A stretch of 64,000 nt of DNA, taken from Octopus vulgaris. Its lineage: Eukaryota. Below the pieces are notes generated by a model that did no database searches, was not told where the DNA came from, and saw nothing but the letters and a program-made list of their open reading frames with translations. The position numbers and the translations under genes were made by a program. Shown piece by piece: positions 43,538-56,785 of this stretch; the first letter of the stretch is position 1, and every line of letters begins with the position of its first letter. The stretch is from assembly GCA_951406725.2 (NCBI GenBank), contig OX597833.1, positions 52,390,001-52,454,000 of the forward strand, given 5' to 3'.

Positions 43538-43864
43538 CATGATTATATAGGACTGAGATAACTCCCCAGAAGTTATACAGAAATAAAAAGTAGAAGAGTG
43601 CCATAGCTATCACGTGAAATTGGTTGAGCGATATTTCGGAATCGAGCCTGCCTTTCACAGGTACAAAAATTACAAGTCAGTCTACTTCATTTTTTGTTAA
43701 GATTATACTTTTTGTTTTCTGTATAACTTCTGGAGGAGTTACCTCACTCGTATATGATCTTAACAAAAAATAGACTGACTTGTAATTTTTTAACCTGTGG
43801 AAGGCACACTAGATGCCGAAATATCGTTCAGCCAATTTCACATGATAATTATGGCGCTCTTCTA
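43538..43864. mobile_element. Interleaved inverted-repeat element with two opposed hammerhead motifs
   Basis: ~43555-43592 is inverted at ~43706-43745; ~43591-43708 is inverted at ~43750-43864. Confidence 0.72.
43792..43828 (+). ncRNA. Minimal hammerhead, A6U variant; decayed mirror copy at ~43628-43664 (minus)
   Basis: aac-CTGTGGA-a-ggca-cactaga-tgcc-GAAAtaTC-gtt. Confidence 0.62.
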
Positions 43865-43921
43865 GTTATTATTATCATTATTATTATTATTATCATTATT
43901 ATTATTATTATTATTATTATA

Positions 43922-43975
<54 letters not shown>

Positions 43976-43999
43976 GTTGTTATTATTATTATTATTATT

Positions 44000-44549
44000 G
44001 AGTGAGAGAGTAGTTCATGCCATCAAAGTGACACTGGGGTAAAATATACGAAGCCCAATATACCCATCATGGCTACCCGTCTGATAAGGGTACACCAGGC
44101 ACATGCATCACAACCATATGTGCGCGACATGGTGATCTCATATCAAGATAAACAGCACATGACCTTGCAGGTGGGGCCCAGTTAGAATTTTCTTCAGGTT
44201 GAGTAGCCCATCCCGCTCAAAAGGTCCCTGAATAAGGGTTATTTAAGGATGTTGGAAAGAACCACCCATGTTTCCATAGGTGAATTATTCAAACCCCAAA
44301 GAATCCCTCTCAACACATGGCTATGATGCTCCTCCACTACTTCTGCTCGTGATCAGAGATGCACATATCGTCAGCCACTAACGGACAAGCTCAACTGGTT
44401 AAAGTCAAACAACTGACAAGCTAATTTGTGGTATTGAGCAGAATATTTGCTGTAGCCCATCTTTTATACCAAGACAAAACAATGTACATGATAACACTTC
44501 CAATCAGTTAAGATCAGAAGCCATGAGAGCCACTGCCTGGTACTGCATC
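44000..44549 (-). mobile_element. (TAA)n-associated element D, near full length
   Basis: Family match; (TTA)n flanks. Confidence 0.9.
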
Positions 44550-44577
44550 TATTATTATAATTATAATTATTATTAGT

Positions 44578-44960
44578 ATTTACTTTTAATCTGCATGTTT
44601 GATACAATCACTCGCCGAGACGCACCCAGTGTCCTAGAGCGATTGAAGGATAAGAGATATTACAGCATGACTGAAAAGCTTGAGGAGCGCAAATAGCAGG
44701 GACAATGGGACAATGGCGAAATATCTTCATGCAATACAACACAGACATTTAAATTGATAGGGGGTTTTCTGAGGATGTGAGCAGTACTTGTCAGCACAAT
44801 CTTTTGGATTTCTCTGAGACATGGTTCTCCAGAAATACTACCTAGATGTTTCTGACATCACTTTCTTATCATACTTAGGGCACCCACAATAACAGGAACA
44901 GTTCTCGTTTTAAGATGCCACATATTTTGTATTTCAATTCCCAGGTCCTTATATTTACTT
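44578..44960 (-). mobile_element. Dong/R4 3' end, diverged copy of 40884-41250
   Basis: KYKDLGIEIQNMWHLKTRTVPVIVGA..EIQKIVLTSTAHILRK and a shared 3' UTR. Confidence 0.88.
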
Positions 44961-45012
44961 AATTTGCCTGATTAGTATTATTAATATTATGATTATTATT
45001 ATTATTATTATG

Positions 45013-45068
<56 letters not shown>

Positions 45069-45074
45069 CACTAC

Positions 45075-45142
<68 letters not shown>

Positions 45143-45335
45143 AGTAATGCTAATATTTGTTCGTTTGGTTGTAAACATTCATAAAGGGAAAGATAACAGG
45201 TGAAAATCATGAGATTTGACGTGCAAATGCATAACTGTGATAACTTTCAGAGGTTTCGGCCAGTATAGGCTCAGGCCATGTCTAACTCAATAGCACCACC
45301 TGGTGACGTCTTTTAGTCATATATGGGACATCATA

Positions 45336-45620
45336 GCCCACTCTAGCAAAGAGTTATTATTGTTGGAGACATAGCCAGGTTGGTCCGGGATTTTTTGAAA
45401 AAATTTGTCCACTGAACACTTGAATTTTATGGGATCCGTTTCCGTTTTGATCTATTTTGGTATGATATTAAAGACAACTGGACCGGTTGTGATTAAGTAA
45501 TTGTGATGTAATGTTCCTATGTGTACCGAGTTCGATTTTTGTAGTGGTCGGATAGCACGGGGGCCAAGTCTTGGATGGATTTCAAAATTGATGCCAACAT
45601 CATTTGTAGCACGTATATAT
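45336..45620 (-). pseudogene. CR1-group LINE ORF2 C-terminal relic
   Basis: HPRLG..TGPVVFNIIPK*IK..FKCSVDKFFQKIPDQPGY..NNSLLEW. Confidence 0.65.
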
Positions 45621-45848
45621 TTACAAACATATTCATAAAAAATCAATCAACTTCTAGTTAACACGCAATCGTATCCACAAGCATATATGAAAATACCAAG
45701 AGACGTCAATATAAACAGAGGTAGACAATATACATATACACATATATATAACGGGAAGCTTTATGAAAATAGACAAAAGACGAAGGCAGGTGGGAAACAA
45801 ACAAACAATTGTATTAGTATGGCGCTCAGGAAATATACATAAAACAAG

Positions 45849-45886
45849 TCTTTAACGTTTCGAGCCTACGCTCTTCAACAGAAAGA
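45849..45886 (-). ncRNA. Minimal hammerhead, A6U variant, in a TA-abutting element (~45750-45990)
   Basis: Minus strand: tcttt-CTGTTGA-a-gagc-gtag-gctc-GAAAcgTT-aaaga; all stems pair. Confidence 0.7.
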
Positions 45887-46034
45887 TACACAGAGAGAAA
45901 AAAAACACAGAAAGAAGGAGAAAAAAATGCGTGCAGTAACTAACGAATCAACATGGCGATCTGATTTCGGCCAGAGGTCAAAGATCAACAAACGCATTTA
46001 ACTGAACTATTCGTATTTACAAACACATATATAG

Positions 46035-46398
<364 letters not shown>

Positions 46399-46480
46399 AT
46401 ATATATATATATACATGCATATAATAGAAATATTAAAATTACTAAGTCTCCCTAAAGGAGATTACGGCAGCGTTACTGGA

Positions 46481-46801
46481 TATTAATAGTTATCGCCATA
46501 CTAATATGGCAGTCTATAAACATAAGACTAAAGCTGTCGCTGATTAGCTCCAAGAGGCCATCGCCTCTAGCTAGCTATATGACACACGAACCTGCGTCCA
46601 TTACAACCTTCGAAGGTTGTAATGGACGCAGGTTCGTATGTCATACAGCTAGCTAGAGGCGATGGCCTCTGAAGGTTGTAATGGACGCAGGTTCATGTGT
46701 CATATAGCTAGCTAGAGGCGATGGCCTCTTGGAGTTAATCAGCGACAGCTTTAGTCTTATGTTTATAGACTGCCATATTAGTATGGCGATAACTACTAAT
46801 A
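46481..46801. repeat. 131-bp-arm near-perfect palindrome with a 59-bp tandem duplication in the right arm
   Basis: Centre cttc|gaag at 46611/46612; 46612-46670 is repeated at 46671-46729. Confidence 0.92.
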
Positions 46802-46805
46802 TACA

Positions 46806-46886
<81 letters not shown>

Positions 46887-47506
46887 GCATGTGTGTATGT
46901 ATGAATATGTACATACATATGTATATATGTATACGTACATATATATATATATAGACATATATACATATATGTATGTATGTGTATGCGTACTGATGTGTGT
47001 GCGTGTAAACACATCCACGCTGACACACCCACGTCCATCGAGAGTGATTAACTTAAGTAGGAAATGATTACGAGAGTGCCAATTAAGCCATCTAAATTAT
47101 CAACTTTCTCTCTCTCTCTGTCTCTTTCTCTCACTCTCTCTCTCTCTCTATCTCTCTCTATCTGACATCCTTTCTCTTCCCCTTCCTTCTTTCCCTCTCT
47201 CTCTCTTTCCCGCTCCTCCTCTCTCGCCCTATTTCCTCCCTCCCACCCTCTCCAACTCTTTCTGATGTTAATAACGCTTCTCTCACACATTCGTCATTCA
47301 TTAACACGTATGCCATTCTTTCCTCTTCCTCCTCCTTCTTCTATTTCTTCTTCTTCTTCTTCTTCTTCTTCTTCTTCTTCTTCTTCTTCTTCTTCTTCTT
47401 CTTCTTCTATTTCTTCTTCTTATTCTTATTCTTATTCTTATTCTTTTTCTTCTTGTTCTTATTCTTACTCTTCTCATTATTATTATTATCATTATTGTTA
47501 TTGTTG

Positions 47507-47573
<67 letters not shown>

Positions 47574-47581
47574 CATTATTA

Positions 47582-47745
47582 AGGCAATGAGCTAGCACAA
47601 TCGTTAACACGCTGGAGAAAATGCATAGCGGCAATTTGTCCGTCTTTACGTTCTGAGTTCGAATTTCGCCGAGATCAGGTTCGCCTTCCTTCTTTCCAAG
47701 GTCGATAAAATAAGTAGCAGCTGAGCACTGAGGTCGAGGTAATCC
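47582..47745 (+). mobile_element. SINE family C, diverged
   Basis: acgttctgagttcgaatttcgccgag..ggtcgataaaataagta. Confidence 0.72.
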
Positions 47746-47766
47746 TCTTCCCACTTTCTCCTCGAA

Positions 47767-47837
<71 letters not shown>

Positions 47838-47878
47838 AACGAAGAGCACGATTCGAATGTAATATATATTTTATTGGT

Positions 47879-47917
47879 TGATCGATATTTCGACAGTGTT
47901 TGTCTTTGTCAAGTTTA
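47879..47917 (-). ncRNA. Minimal hammerhead, U3-A8 variant
   Basis: Minus strand: taaac-TTGACAA-a-gaca-aacac-tgtc-GAAAtaTC-gatca. Confidence 0.6.
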
Positions 47918-48117
47918 AAATAAGAGGTGATAAAAATTCAAAATCATAGAAATTTGAATTTAAAGTATGAAGGAGAGCAACCAGCGTCCACACGTTGATG
48001 GAATGGCATCATCACTCTTTAAGTTTCAATTTTATAACAAGCGAAAAAAAAGACTGAAAAACGATTTGAAAAGGAGTTGAAAGTGCATATTCTCGAATCA
48101 AATTTATACAAAACATA

Positions 48118-48528
48118 GGCGCAGGAGTGGCTGTGTGGTAAGTAGCTTGCTAACCAACCACATGGTTGCGGGTTCAGTACCACTGCGTGGCATCTTGGGC
48201 AAGTGTCTTCTGCTATAGCCCCGGGCCGACCAATGCCTTGTGAGTAGATTTGGTAGACGGAAACTGAAAGAAGCCTGTCGTATATATGTATATATATATA
48301 TGTGTGTGTGTGTGTGTTTGTGTGTTTGTGTTTGTCCCCCTAGCATTGCTTGACAACCGATGCTGGTTGTTTATGTCCCCGTCACTTAGCGGTTCGGCAA
48401 AAAGAGACCGATAGAATAAGTACTGGGCTTACAAAAGAATAAGTCCCGGGGTCGAGTTGCTCGATTAAAGGCGGTGCTCCAGCATGGCCGCAGTCAAATG
48501 AATTGAAACAAGTAAAAGAGTAAAAGAG
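48118..48528 (+). mobile_element. SINE family B, full length
   Basis: Family match. Confidence 0.92.
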
Positions 48529-48705
48529 TAAAACTGTTTGATTAAATATCCTTCTTTTTTCCTTTTTTTTCCTCTCTTGTTTTTCTGTCTTTTTCTTTTC
48601 GCCTGTTATAAAATTGATGATGTCATTCCATCGCAGTGTGGACACTGGTTGCTCTCGTTCGTACTTTAAATTTCTATAATTTTGAATTTCTATCATCTCT
48701 TATTT

Positions 48706-48742
48706 TGAACTTGACAAAGACTTACTGTTGAAATATCGTTCA
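48706..48742 (+). ncRNA. Minimal hammerhead, U3-A8 variant
   Basis: tgaac-TTGACAA-a-gac-ttact-gtt-GAAAtaTC-gttca; 5-bp stem I. Confidence 0.68.
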
Positions 48743-48853
48743 ACCAATAAAGCATCTATTACTATCGAAACGCGCGCTTCGTCTTGATTCTTTACCTTTA
48801 TGCTGCTGCTACTACTACTACTACTACTACTACTACTATTATTGTTGTTGTTG

Positions 48854-48914
<61 letters not shown>

Positions 48915-48996
48915 CAGCAGCAGCAGCAGTATTATTAATATTACGTCAATCCTTTATAAAATATTATTATCATCATTATCATTATTATTATTATTA

Positions 48997-49051
<55 letters not shown>

Positions 49052-49086
49052 CATTATTATTATTATTATTATTATTATCATTATTA

Positions 49087-49144
<58 letters not shown>

Positions 49145-49169
49145 TTCTATTATTATTATTATTATTATT

Positions 49170-49725
49170 GAGTGAGAGAGCAGTACATGCCATCAAAGTG
49201 ACAGTGGGGTAAAACAAACGAAACCTAGTATACCCATTATGACTACCCATCTGATAAGGGTACACCAGGCACATGCATCACAACCAAATGTGCGCGGCAT
49301 GGTGATCTCATATCAAGATAAACAGCGCATGACCTTGCAGGTGGGGCCCAGGTGGAATTTCCTTCTGGTCAGGTAGCATATCCCACTCAAAAGGGCCCTG
49401 AATATGGATTGTTTAAGGATGTTGAACTAAACACCCATGTTTCCAAAGGTGAATTATTCAAACCCCAAACAATCCCTCTCAACACATGGCTATGATGCTC
49501 CCCCACTACTTCTGCTGGTGACCAGAGATGCATATATCGTCAACCACTAAGGGACATGGTCAACTGGTTAAGGTCCAAACAACTGACAAGCAAATCTGTG
49601 GTATTGAGCAGAATATTTGCTGTAGCCCATCTTTTATACCAAGACAAAACATGTACGTGATAACACTTCCAATCAGTTAAGATCAGAAACCACGAGAAAC
49701 CACTGCCTGGTACTGCATCAGAGCA
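49170..49725 (-). mobile_element. (TAA)n-associated element D, full length
   Basis: Family match; (TTA)n flanks. Confidence 0.9.
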
Positions 49726-49769
49726 TATCATTATCATTATTATTATTATTACTACTACTACTACTGGGA

Positions 49770-50152
49770 TGGAAGCACTCCGTCGGTTACGACGACGAGG
49801 GTTCCGGTTGATCCGAATCAACGGAACAGCCTGCTCGTGAAATTAACGTGTAAGTGGCTGAGCACTCCACAGACACGTGTACCCTTAACGTAGTTCTCGG
49901 GGATAATCAGCGTGACACAGAGAGTGACAAGGCCGGCCCTTTGAAATACAGGTACAACAGAAACAGGAAGTAAGAGTGAGAGAAAGTTGTGGTGAAAGAG
50001 TACAACAGGGATCACCACCATCCCTGCCGGAGCCTCGTGGAGCTTTAGGTGTTTTCGCTCAACAAACACTCACAACGCCCGGTCTGGGAGTCGAAACCGC
50101 GATCCTACGACCGCGAGTCCGCTGCCCTAACCACTGGGCCATTGCGCCTCCA

Positions 50153-50153
<1 letters not shown>
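49770..50153 (-). mobile_element. SINE family A (tail type 2)
   Basis: Reverse complement of 8108-8495; lies in (TAC)n. Confidence 0.92.
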
Positions 50154-50202
<49 letters not shown>

Positions 50203-50571
50203 TTGGTGGTGGTAGTAGTAGTAGTAGCAGTAGTAGTAGCAGCAGCAGCAGCAGTATTATTATTATTATTATTATTATTTTAATATCTTATTTTCCTTCT
50301 TCGTCGCCGTGGTCGTCCTCTTCGTTGTCTTGTTCACGTCATAATTCAATCCAGCAGCACAGTTTTTGTCTGTCATTGACGTCTCACTATTAATTTAGCA
50401 ATGGGTGTATCTATGTTGCATGATGTCAAACTCCTTACGTAAATAACTGGACGGTTTACAGTCAGGAGACGACTGACGGTGCAACACTGAACTACCAACA
50501 GTCACTAAACATCCGCTTTGACGTATAACCTTATTAATTCGCCTTTGTATCATTATATGCTTATACATACA

Positions 50572-50956
50572 TGGAGGCGCAATGGCCCAGTGGTTAGGGC
50601 AGCGGAATTGCGGTCATAGGATCGCGGTTTCGATTCCCAGACCGGGCGTTGTGAGTGTTTATTGAGCGAAAACACCTAAAAGCTCCACGAGGCTCCGGCA
50701 GGGGATGGTGGTGATCCCTGCTGTACTCTTTCACCGCAACTTTCTCTCACTCTTACTTCCTGTTTCTGTTGTGCCTGTTTTGCAAAGGGCCGGCCTTGTC
50801 ACTCTCTGTGTCACGCTGAATATCCCCGAGAACTACGTTAAGGATACACGTGTCTGTGGAGTGCTCAGCCACTTACACGTTAATTTCACGAGCTGGCTGT
50901 TCCGTTGATTCGGATCAACCGGGACCCTCGTCGTCGTAACCGACGGAGTGCTTCCA
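50572..50956 (+). mobile_element. SINE family A (tail type 2)
   Basis: Family match; atacatacat on both sides. Confidence 0.92.
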
Positions 50957-51139
50957 CCATACATACATATTCTCACACTGGTGCACAGACACACACAGGC
51001 ACACACTCATATATCACGCAAAAATTCACCGACACACAGTGACACATAATCAGATAAATATAAACACGTGATGTATATGTTAAACAATTTAACGTTAAAT
51101 TGAGTAACTCACTATTTTTAGTAAAGCAGGTAGATACAA

Positions 51140-51373
51140 GGCGGCGAGCTGGCAGAAACGTTAGCACGCCGGGCGAAATGCTCAGCAGTATTTTGTCTGC
51201 CGCTACGTTCTGGGTTCAAATTCCGCCGAGGTCGACTTTGCCTTTCATCCTTTCGGGGTCGATAAATTAAGTACCAGTTACACACTGGGGTCGATATAAT
51301 CGACTTAATCCGTTTGCCTCTCCTTGTTTGTCCTCTCTGTGTTTAGTCCCTTGTGGATAGTAAAGAAATAGGT
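51140..51373 (+). mobile_element. SINE family C
   Basis: Family match. Confidence 0.9.
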
Positions 51374-51378
51374 AGATA

Positions 51379-52420
51379 CGAGGGGTGTCTGAAAAGTCTT
51401 GAGCCTCAAAAAAAAAAAAAGCATAGTACAAGACTTCTAATGGTTTATTTTTCAACATAGTCCCCTTTGATGGCTGAACACTTTCTCCAGTGGTGCTGCT
51501 GAAGTGCCATTGTCCCGGCGTAGAGGAACTCTTTTGTTTGAAACTCTAAGAAACTTCCTACAGTGTCTTGATGTCATTGTCATTGTCAATGGCAACCAGT
51601 CAGAGCTTTTTTTCATTTTGGGGAATAGATGAAAGTCAGAGGGGGCTACGTCTGGCGAATAAGGCAGATGGGGAACAAGTTCGTGTCCACAATCACGAAT
51701 TGTTGCCATGGCAACAACCGAGGTGTGTGCTGGAGCATTGTCGTGATGAAAAAGGGGACTCCTCTGGGGAGCATACCTGGCCTTTTTTTCTTTGATTGCT
51801 TCCTGGAGGCATTACATTAGCTGAGAGTAATACAGACCTGTCACGGTGTGACCCTTTTCAAGGTAATCGATCAGCAAGACACCTTGAAAAAAAACAAAAA
51901 AAAACTGACGCTATAACCTTGCCAGCTGAAGGAATGACCTGGCCTTTTTTGGGGTAGGAAAAGATGTGTGCTTCCACTGCTTTGATTGTTCTTTGGATTC
52001 AGGCTGGTAGTGATAAACCCAACTTTCGTCCATAGTAATAAAACGAGCAAGAAAATTCTCTTCATCGGCTTCAAACAGTTCCAGTTTGCTCGTGGACAAA
52101 GTGCACCTGGTGCGTTTCTGTTCAGGAGTCAAAAGGCGAGGGACTCACCTTGCAGAAACCTTTTGGAAGCCAAATTCTTTTGTCACAAGGTTGCCTGCTC
52201 TTTTTTTTTTTTTTTTTTTGAGATGCCCAGTCTCTCAGCTATCTGGCGGTGGGATATTCGATGATCTTGCATTATCATACCAAGAGCAAGGTCAATTTTG
52301 TCCTCGGTGATTGCAGTTGGAGACCTCCTTGGTGTGGGATCATCTTCCACACTCTCCCTGCCACGCTGGAATTCATTTAACCAGCGTTTGACTGTTGCAC
52401 ATGAAGGAGCATTATTAAGT
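51379..52420 (-). pseudogene. Mariner (DD34D) transposon relic
   Basis: TIR TA-cgaggggtgtctgaaaagt; FITMDESWVYHYQPESKEQSKQWKH, HDNAPAH, PYSPDVAPSDFHLFPKMKK, with frameshifts. Confidence 0.9.
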
Positions 52421-52832
52421 TGCTTATTTTGATTTTAATCACCTTATTTTAAATTTGTATGGATAATACCCTACTAAATTCTGGTGCCTCAATTTCAGGA
52501 ATTAAGTAAGGGGGTTACGTCGCTTAGAAAAAATTTGATATGATAAATTTAAGACGATATGGAACGATTAAGGCATTATTATAGGAAAGGCTACAACAGT
52601 AACTATAGATTGATAGCGAAGTAATATAATGTTAGTGATATAGAAGGGCTGGAAAGACGTAATGTAAAAAAGGAGGATGTATATAATAAATCCCTCTTCA
52701 CTCATCAACATTAAAATAATTTATGAAAAAAGTTATAACTTACACGTGCAATTATTTGATAATAAAACTAAGAACTATATGGAAACAGGTCCGCAAATTT
52801 GCTGTAATATTTAGAGAAAGACGGAAAAATTA

Positions 52833-53455
52833 ATCTATTATGTAAAATCTGTTCTGTCTGTCTGTGTGTGTGTCTTCAAGGATCTCGGGTATCCTCCATC
52901 CGATTGTACTCAAATTTGATATGTAGATACCGACGGTATCAGGACGTGCATAAGTCTTGAAAAAATTACAAAAATCGATTCCAGGTGAGAATGCGATCGA
53001 AAAAGCCGTGGGAACGTGCATTTGTTGGAATAGAAAAAAGTCTATCTTTATTTCTTCTTTTGCTGGTGTCTCAAATTTAGGTTAAGCCAGGGTTTCTCAA
53101 AGGGGAGGCGTATGGGACGGTTGGACAAGTTGTTTTGAGAAAATTTGGTTTAAATGTTTGACAACTCAGCACCGTCCACTGGACGGTGGGAGGGGGGTAG
53201 CGATTTGCTCGTGCTTAATATTGACAGCAGACAAGATGCCTTAGCAAAATTACAGCGTTAATCACGATTAAGTCTCGAAAGTGTATGTTTCTCTTAAAAC
53301 TAAATGTAGGTTAATCGACCCTGTTAAATCAAAGAGTAGATTAGTTAGTAAGAACATTCAAAGAAAAGTTAAAATAACATTAAAAATCCTACCGATCTTA
53401 ATGTGATAAAAGGAATACACCCATTTATCACTTGGCAACGCCAAATTTATCCAGT
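52833..53455 (+). mobile_element. Probable Helitron-like non-autonomous element
   Basis: Start atctattatgtaaaa..tgtctgtctgtgtgt..ccgattgtactcaaatttg; decayed 3' ggcaacgcc; the end coordinate is uncertain. Confidence 0.45.
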
Positions 53456-53848
53456 TTGATGCAGAACAATTTTCTATCTGTCTGCAAAAACACTTCTACG
53501 GAAAAACAAGATTTTAGTGAAATTTTTAACAGAGATAATATAACGCGTTAAGAAGACTCTAATTTTTGATAAGAAATCTACCTAGTTTAAGAATGCGACT
53601 TGATGGTCCGTTCGATGTAAGCATAAGTTCGTTAGTCAGTGCCGATAAGTGCAAACTTATAGCATTAGATATGTTGAATACTTTAAGAGTTTTCCTTCTA
53701 TAAAATCTGGTCTTTAAAACAGGGATAACGGATGAGCTGTGTTTAAAATGTTTATGCGCATAACCAAGATACAGTGAGGAAAGATACTCACCTGACATTC
53801 GGGAATTTAGACGCTATGATGATGATGATGGTGATGATGATGATGATG

Positions 53849-53924
<76 letters not shown>

Positions 53925-53952
53925 TAATAATAATAATAAAAAAAAAAAAAAA

Positions 53953-54007
<55 letters not shown>

Positions 54008-54009
54008 TA

Positions 54010-54221
54010 AAAAAATTCAGACAAATACATAACAAAAACACCAGTACTTACAAATACATATAACATACAGAAAATTGCACTACTAGGCACTGCACACATC
54101 CTACGCAGAACACTTTCCATACAATAACCATCAGAGCATCACAACAAATCACAACACATACCCAAGGCACACAGAGCTGCGCTCGGTAGTGAAGTGAAAG
54201 CACGCTATAAAAATAAAACTA

Positions 54222-54225
<4 letters not shown>
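54010..54225 (+). mobile_element. Dong/R4 3' end in (TAA)n (different subfamily)
   Basis: DKYITKTP..NIQKIALLGTAHILRRTLSIQ* followed by 3' UTR and (TAA)n. Confidence 0.82.
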
Positions 54226-54287
<62 letters not shown>

Positions 54288-54468
54288 TCTTTTATTCTTT
54301 TACTTGGTTCAGTCATTTGACTGCGGCCATGCTGGAGCACTACCTTTAGTTGAGCAAATCGACCCCAGGACTTATTCTTTGTAAGCTTAGTACTTATTCT
54401 ATCGGTCTCTTTTTCCGAACCGCTAAGTTACGGGGACGCAAACACACCAGCATCGGTTGTCAAGCGAT
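54288..54468 (-). mobile_element. SINE family B, 3' half
   Basis: Family match. Confidence 0.85.
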
Positions 54469-54472
54469 GTTG

Positions 54473-54545
<73 letters not shown>

Positions 54546-54609
54546 ATATTTATGTATGTATAAGTGTATATATGTATATGTATATAACACACACACACAC
54601 ACAGACATA

Positions 54610-55626
54610 TAGGTTGCGGTGAATGAACTTCCGTCTAAATTACGCAAACACGAATCTCATTTTAACAGATATGTTTACCAACATTGCATAATAAAATCTG
54701 GATACATTGAAGAGTAAATTCATTCAATAAAAACGCCATTGGCTTCAACCATGGCCTCCAGATGACTTTGGAATCTCCTGCAACTCTTCTGGATGGTCTC
54801 GTTGGTGAATGCTGCCATAATCCTCGCCTTCAGTTCATCTATGGAGTTACAAAGAGTTTTGTTGGTTTCTCGCTCAACTGCGCCCCACGCATGATAATGA
54901 AGGGGGTTGCAGTCTGGGGAGTTAGGTGACCAGATTTTATGGGTGATGTGCTCGCTGAAATATAAGGTTGTCCCAAAAGTTCGTAGAAAGTCTTGGAAAA
55001 TAATGGTCTTTATTTTGAGGAATATTTTTGTTGTTTTTGTTAGTACTTGGCGAGTAAAAATTCAATTTTCGCAAGTATTTACGAACTTTTGGGACAACCT
55101 AATAGTCTGACAGACATTCCTGGGTTCTCCTGCTTGTGTGGCATGGTGCTGAGTGTTGTTGCCAGAGACGTAGTGTCTTCTAGCAGCCACTCTCTTGACC
55201 CAGGGGACGACAGCGCCTTCCAGGCACTTGATGTAGGCCTCCGTGTTGAGTATGAGGCCGTGTGAGAAGATGAATGGAAGCATAACGTCACCATCGCTAG
55301 TTATCACTCCAAACACCAAGATGTTGACTGGATGTTTGATTTTTATCACTATCGGAACATGTCCTCAAATTTCACTGTCCTCAGATTTACGCCCAGAACA
55401 ATGGATGAAAGTACTGCTTGGCATTCGGGCTTACGGTGCGAATGCTAAGCAGCACGGCATTTTGTTTTCAAATTTCTGGTAGCATGAATTGCGTCATGGT
55501 ACTGTTTTTCTCACATTCGGTGCCCAACTGATCCTACTATACTGTGTAATCGACAAGATCAAAAACAAGCAATGTGCATGCGCGAGATTAAAAATATAAA
55601 ATGGCGATAATCTTACCACCGTCCCC

Positions 55627-55629
<3 letters not shown>
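54610..55629 (-). pseudogene. Tc1/mariner superfamily (maT/DD37D-like) transposase relic
   Basis: KHPVNILVFGVITSDGDVMLPFIF..NTEAYIKCLE..VVPWV; NSPDCNPLHYHAWGAVERETNK..DELKARI. Confidence 0.75.
54963..55102. mobile_element. 140-bp mariner-type MITE nested in the transposase relic
   Basis: TIR aggttgtcccaaaagttcgta / tacgaacttttgggacaacct; TA flanks. Confidence 0.85.
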
Positions 55630-55681
<52 letters not shown>

Positions 55682-56230
55682 ACATATATATGTATATATG
55701 AATACATATATATGTATGTATATGCTATATATATATATATATATATTAAGGTATGTGAAAAATACGACATGGACAAGAACGTATAACTCTTAGAAGACGA
55801 CACAATAAACACGGACAGGACATTCGAAACCCTCAGTCTTCAGTCAAGAACCGGATCATCGTAGTAATTTCGGCTGATTAATCTTGAGATTACTAGATCA
55901 CGCCAGCCCTCCAAGAAAAACTAAGCAACGAGCATTAGAAAAACTAAGCTGGAAGCGTAGATTTCCTGGAAGAAGGATCGAATGCATACGAACACCAGGA
56001 CAGCAAAAGGGACAGATATAAAAAAAAACAAAAAACAATAATGGAATACAGAAACAGGAAATACAGAAGCATTAACGGTGAAAACAACAAGTGTCTTACG
56101 ACTGATAACAAGCAAACAAATTTTTTCTCTGGCGCATTGATAGCAAACAAATTTTTCTCTGGCGCATATATATATATGAAAAAACAAGTCAAAAATAGAA
56201 AATGCTAAGATGATTTTATAGTGAATCTTT

Positions 56231-56268
56231 CAGTACCGGTTTCGGTCATTTTGAGACCTTTTCAACTG
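56231..56268 (-). ncRNA. Minimal hammerhead, U3-A8 variant, in a (TA)n-flanked element (~56177-56420)
   Basis: Minus strand: cag-TTGAAAA-ggtc-tcaaaat-gacc-GAAAccggTA-ctg. Confidence 0.68.
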
Positions 56269-56452
56269 TAACGATTAAATAATTAAATTTAGAAAAATTT
56301 AGAAAAATTATAGAAGAAAGGTTTTTTTAAAGGAATACTTCCATAGTAGTGTTCAGATATAGGTGGCATTCTGCCTTTCTCTGACTCCCTTGTTTGCACT
56401 TGTGTATTCGAGGTCGTTGTATATATATATATATATATATGTATATATGTTG

Positions 56453-56493
<41 letters not shown>

Positions 56494-56689
56494 GTATGTA
56501 TGAATACATATATATGTATGTATATGCTTATATATATATATATATATATATAAACACACACACACATATATATATTTTTATATATATACAAATGTATGCA
56601 TAAAACTTGATATATATTGCTTGTATATAACATTTTATGTATAATTATATAATGTGTGTGTCTATGTGTATCAGTTTACACACAGAGAA

Positions 56690-56785
<96 letters not shown>

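Larger units (their letters stand above)
47836..48785. mobile_element. ~225-bp inverted repeat pair, each arm with a hammerhead, split by a family B SINE
   Basis: 47836-48060 matches the reverse complement of ~48580-48785. Confidence 0.75.

Noticed and set aside
55855-55920. Hammerhead-like ggctg..cagcc-GAAA on the minus strand in a TA-adjacent element
   Set aside because: Stem II and GAAA are present but the 5' core and stem I cannot be assigned; not counted, though the family consensus is worth checking.
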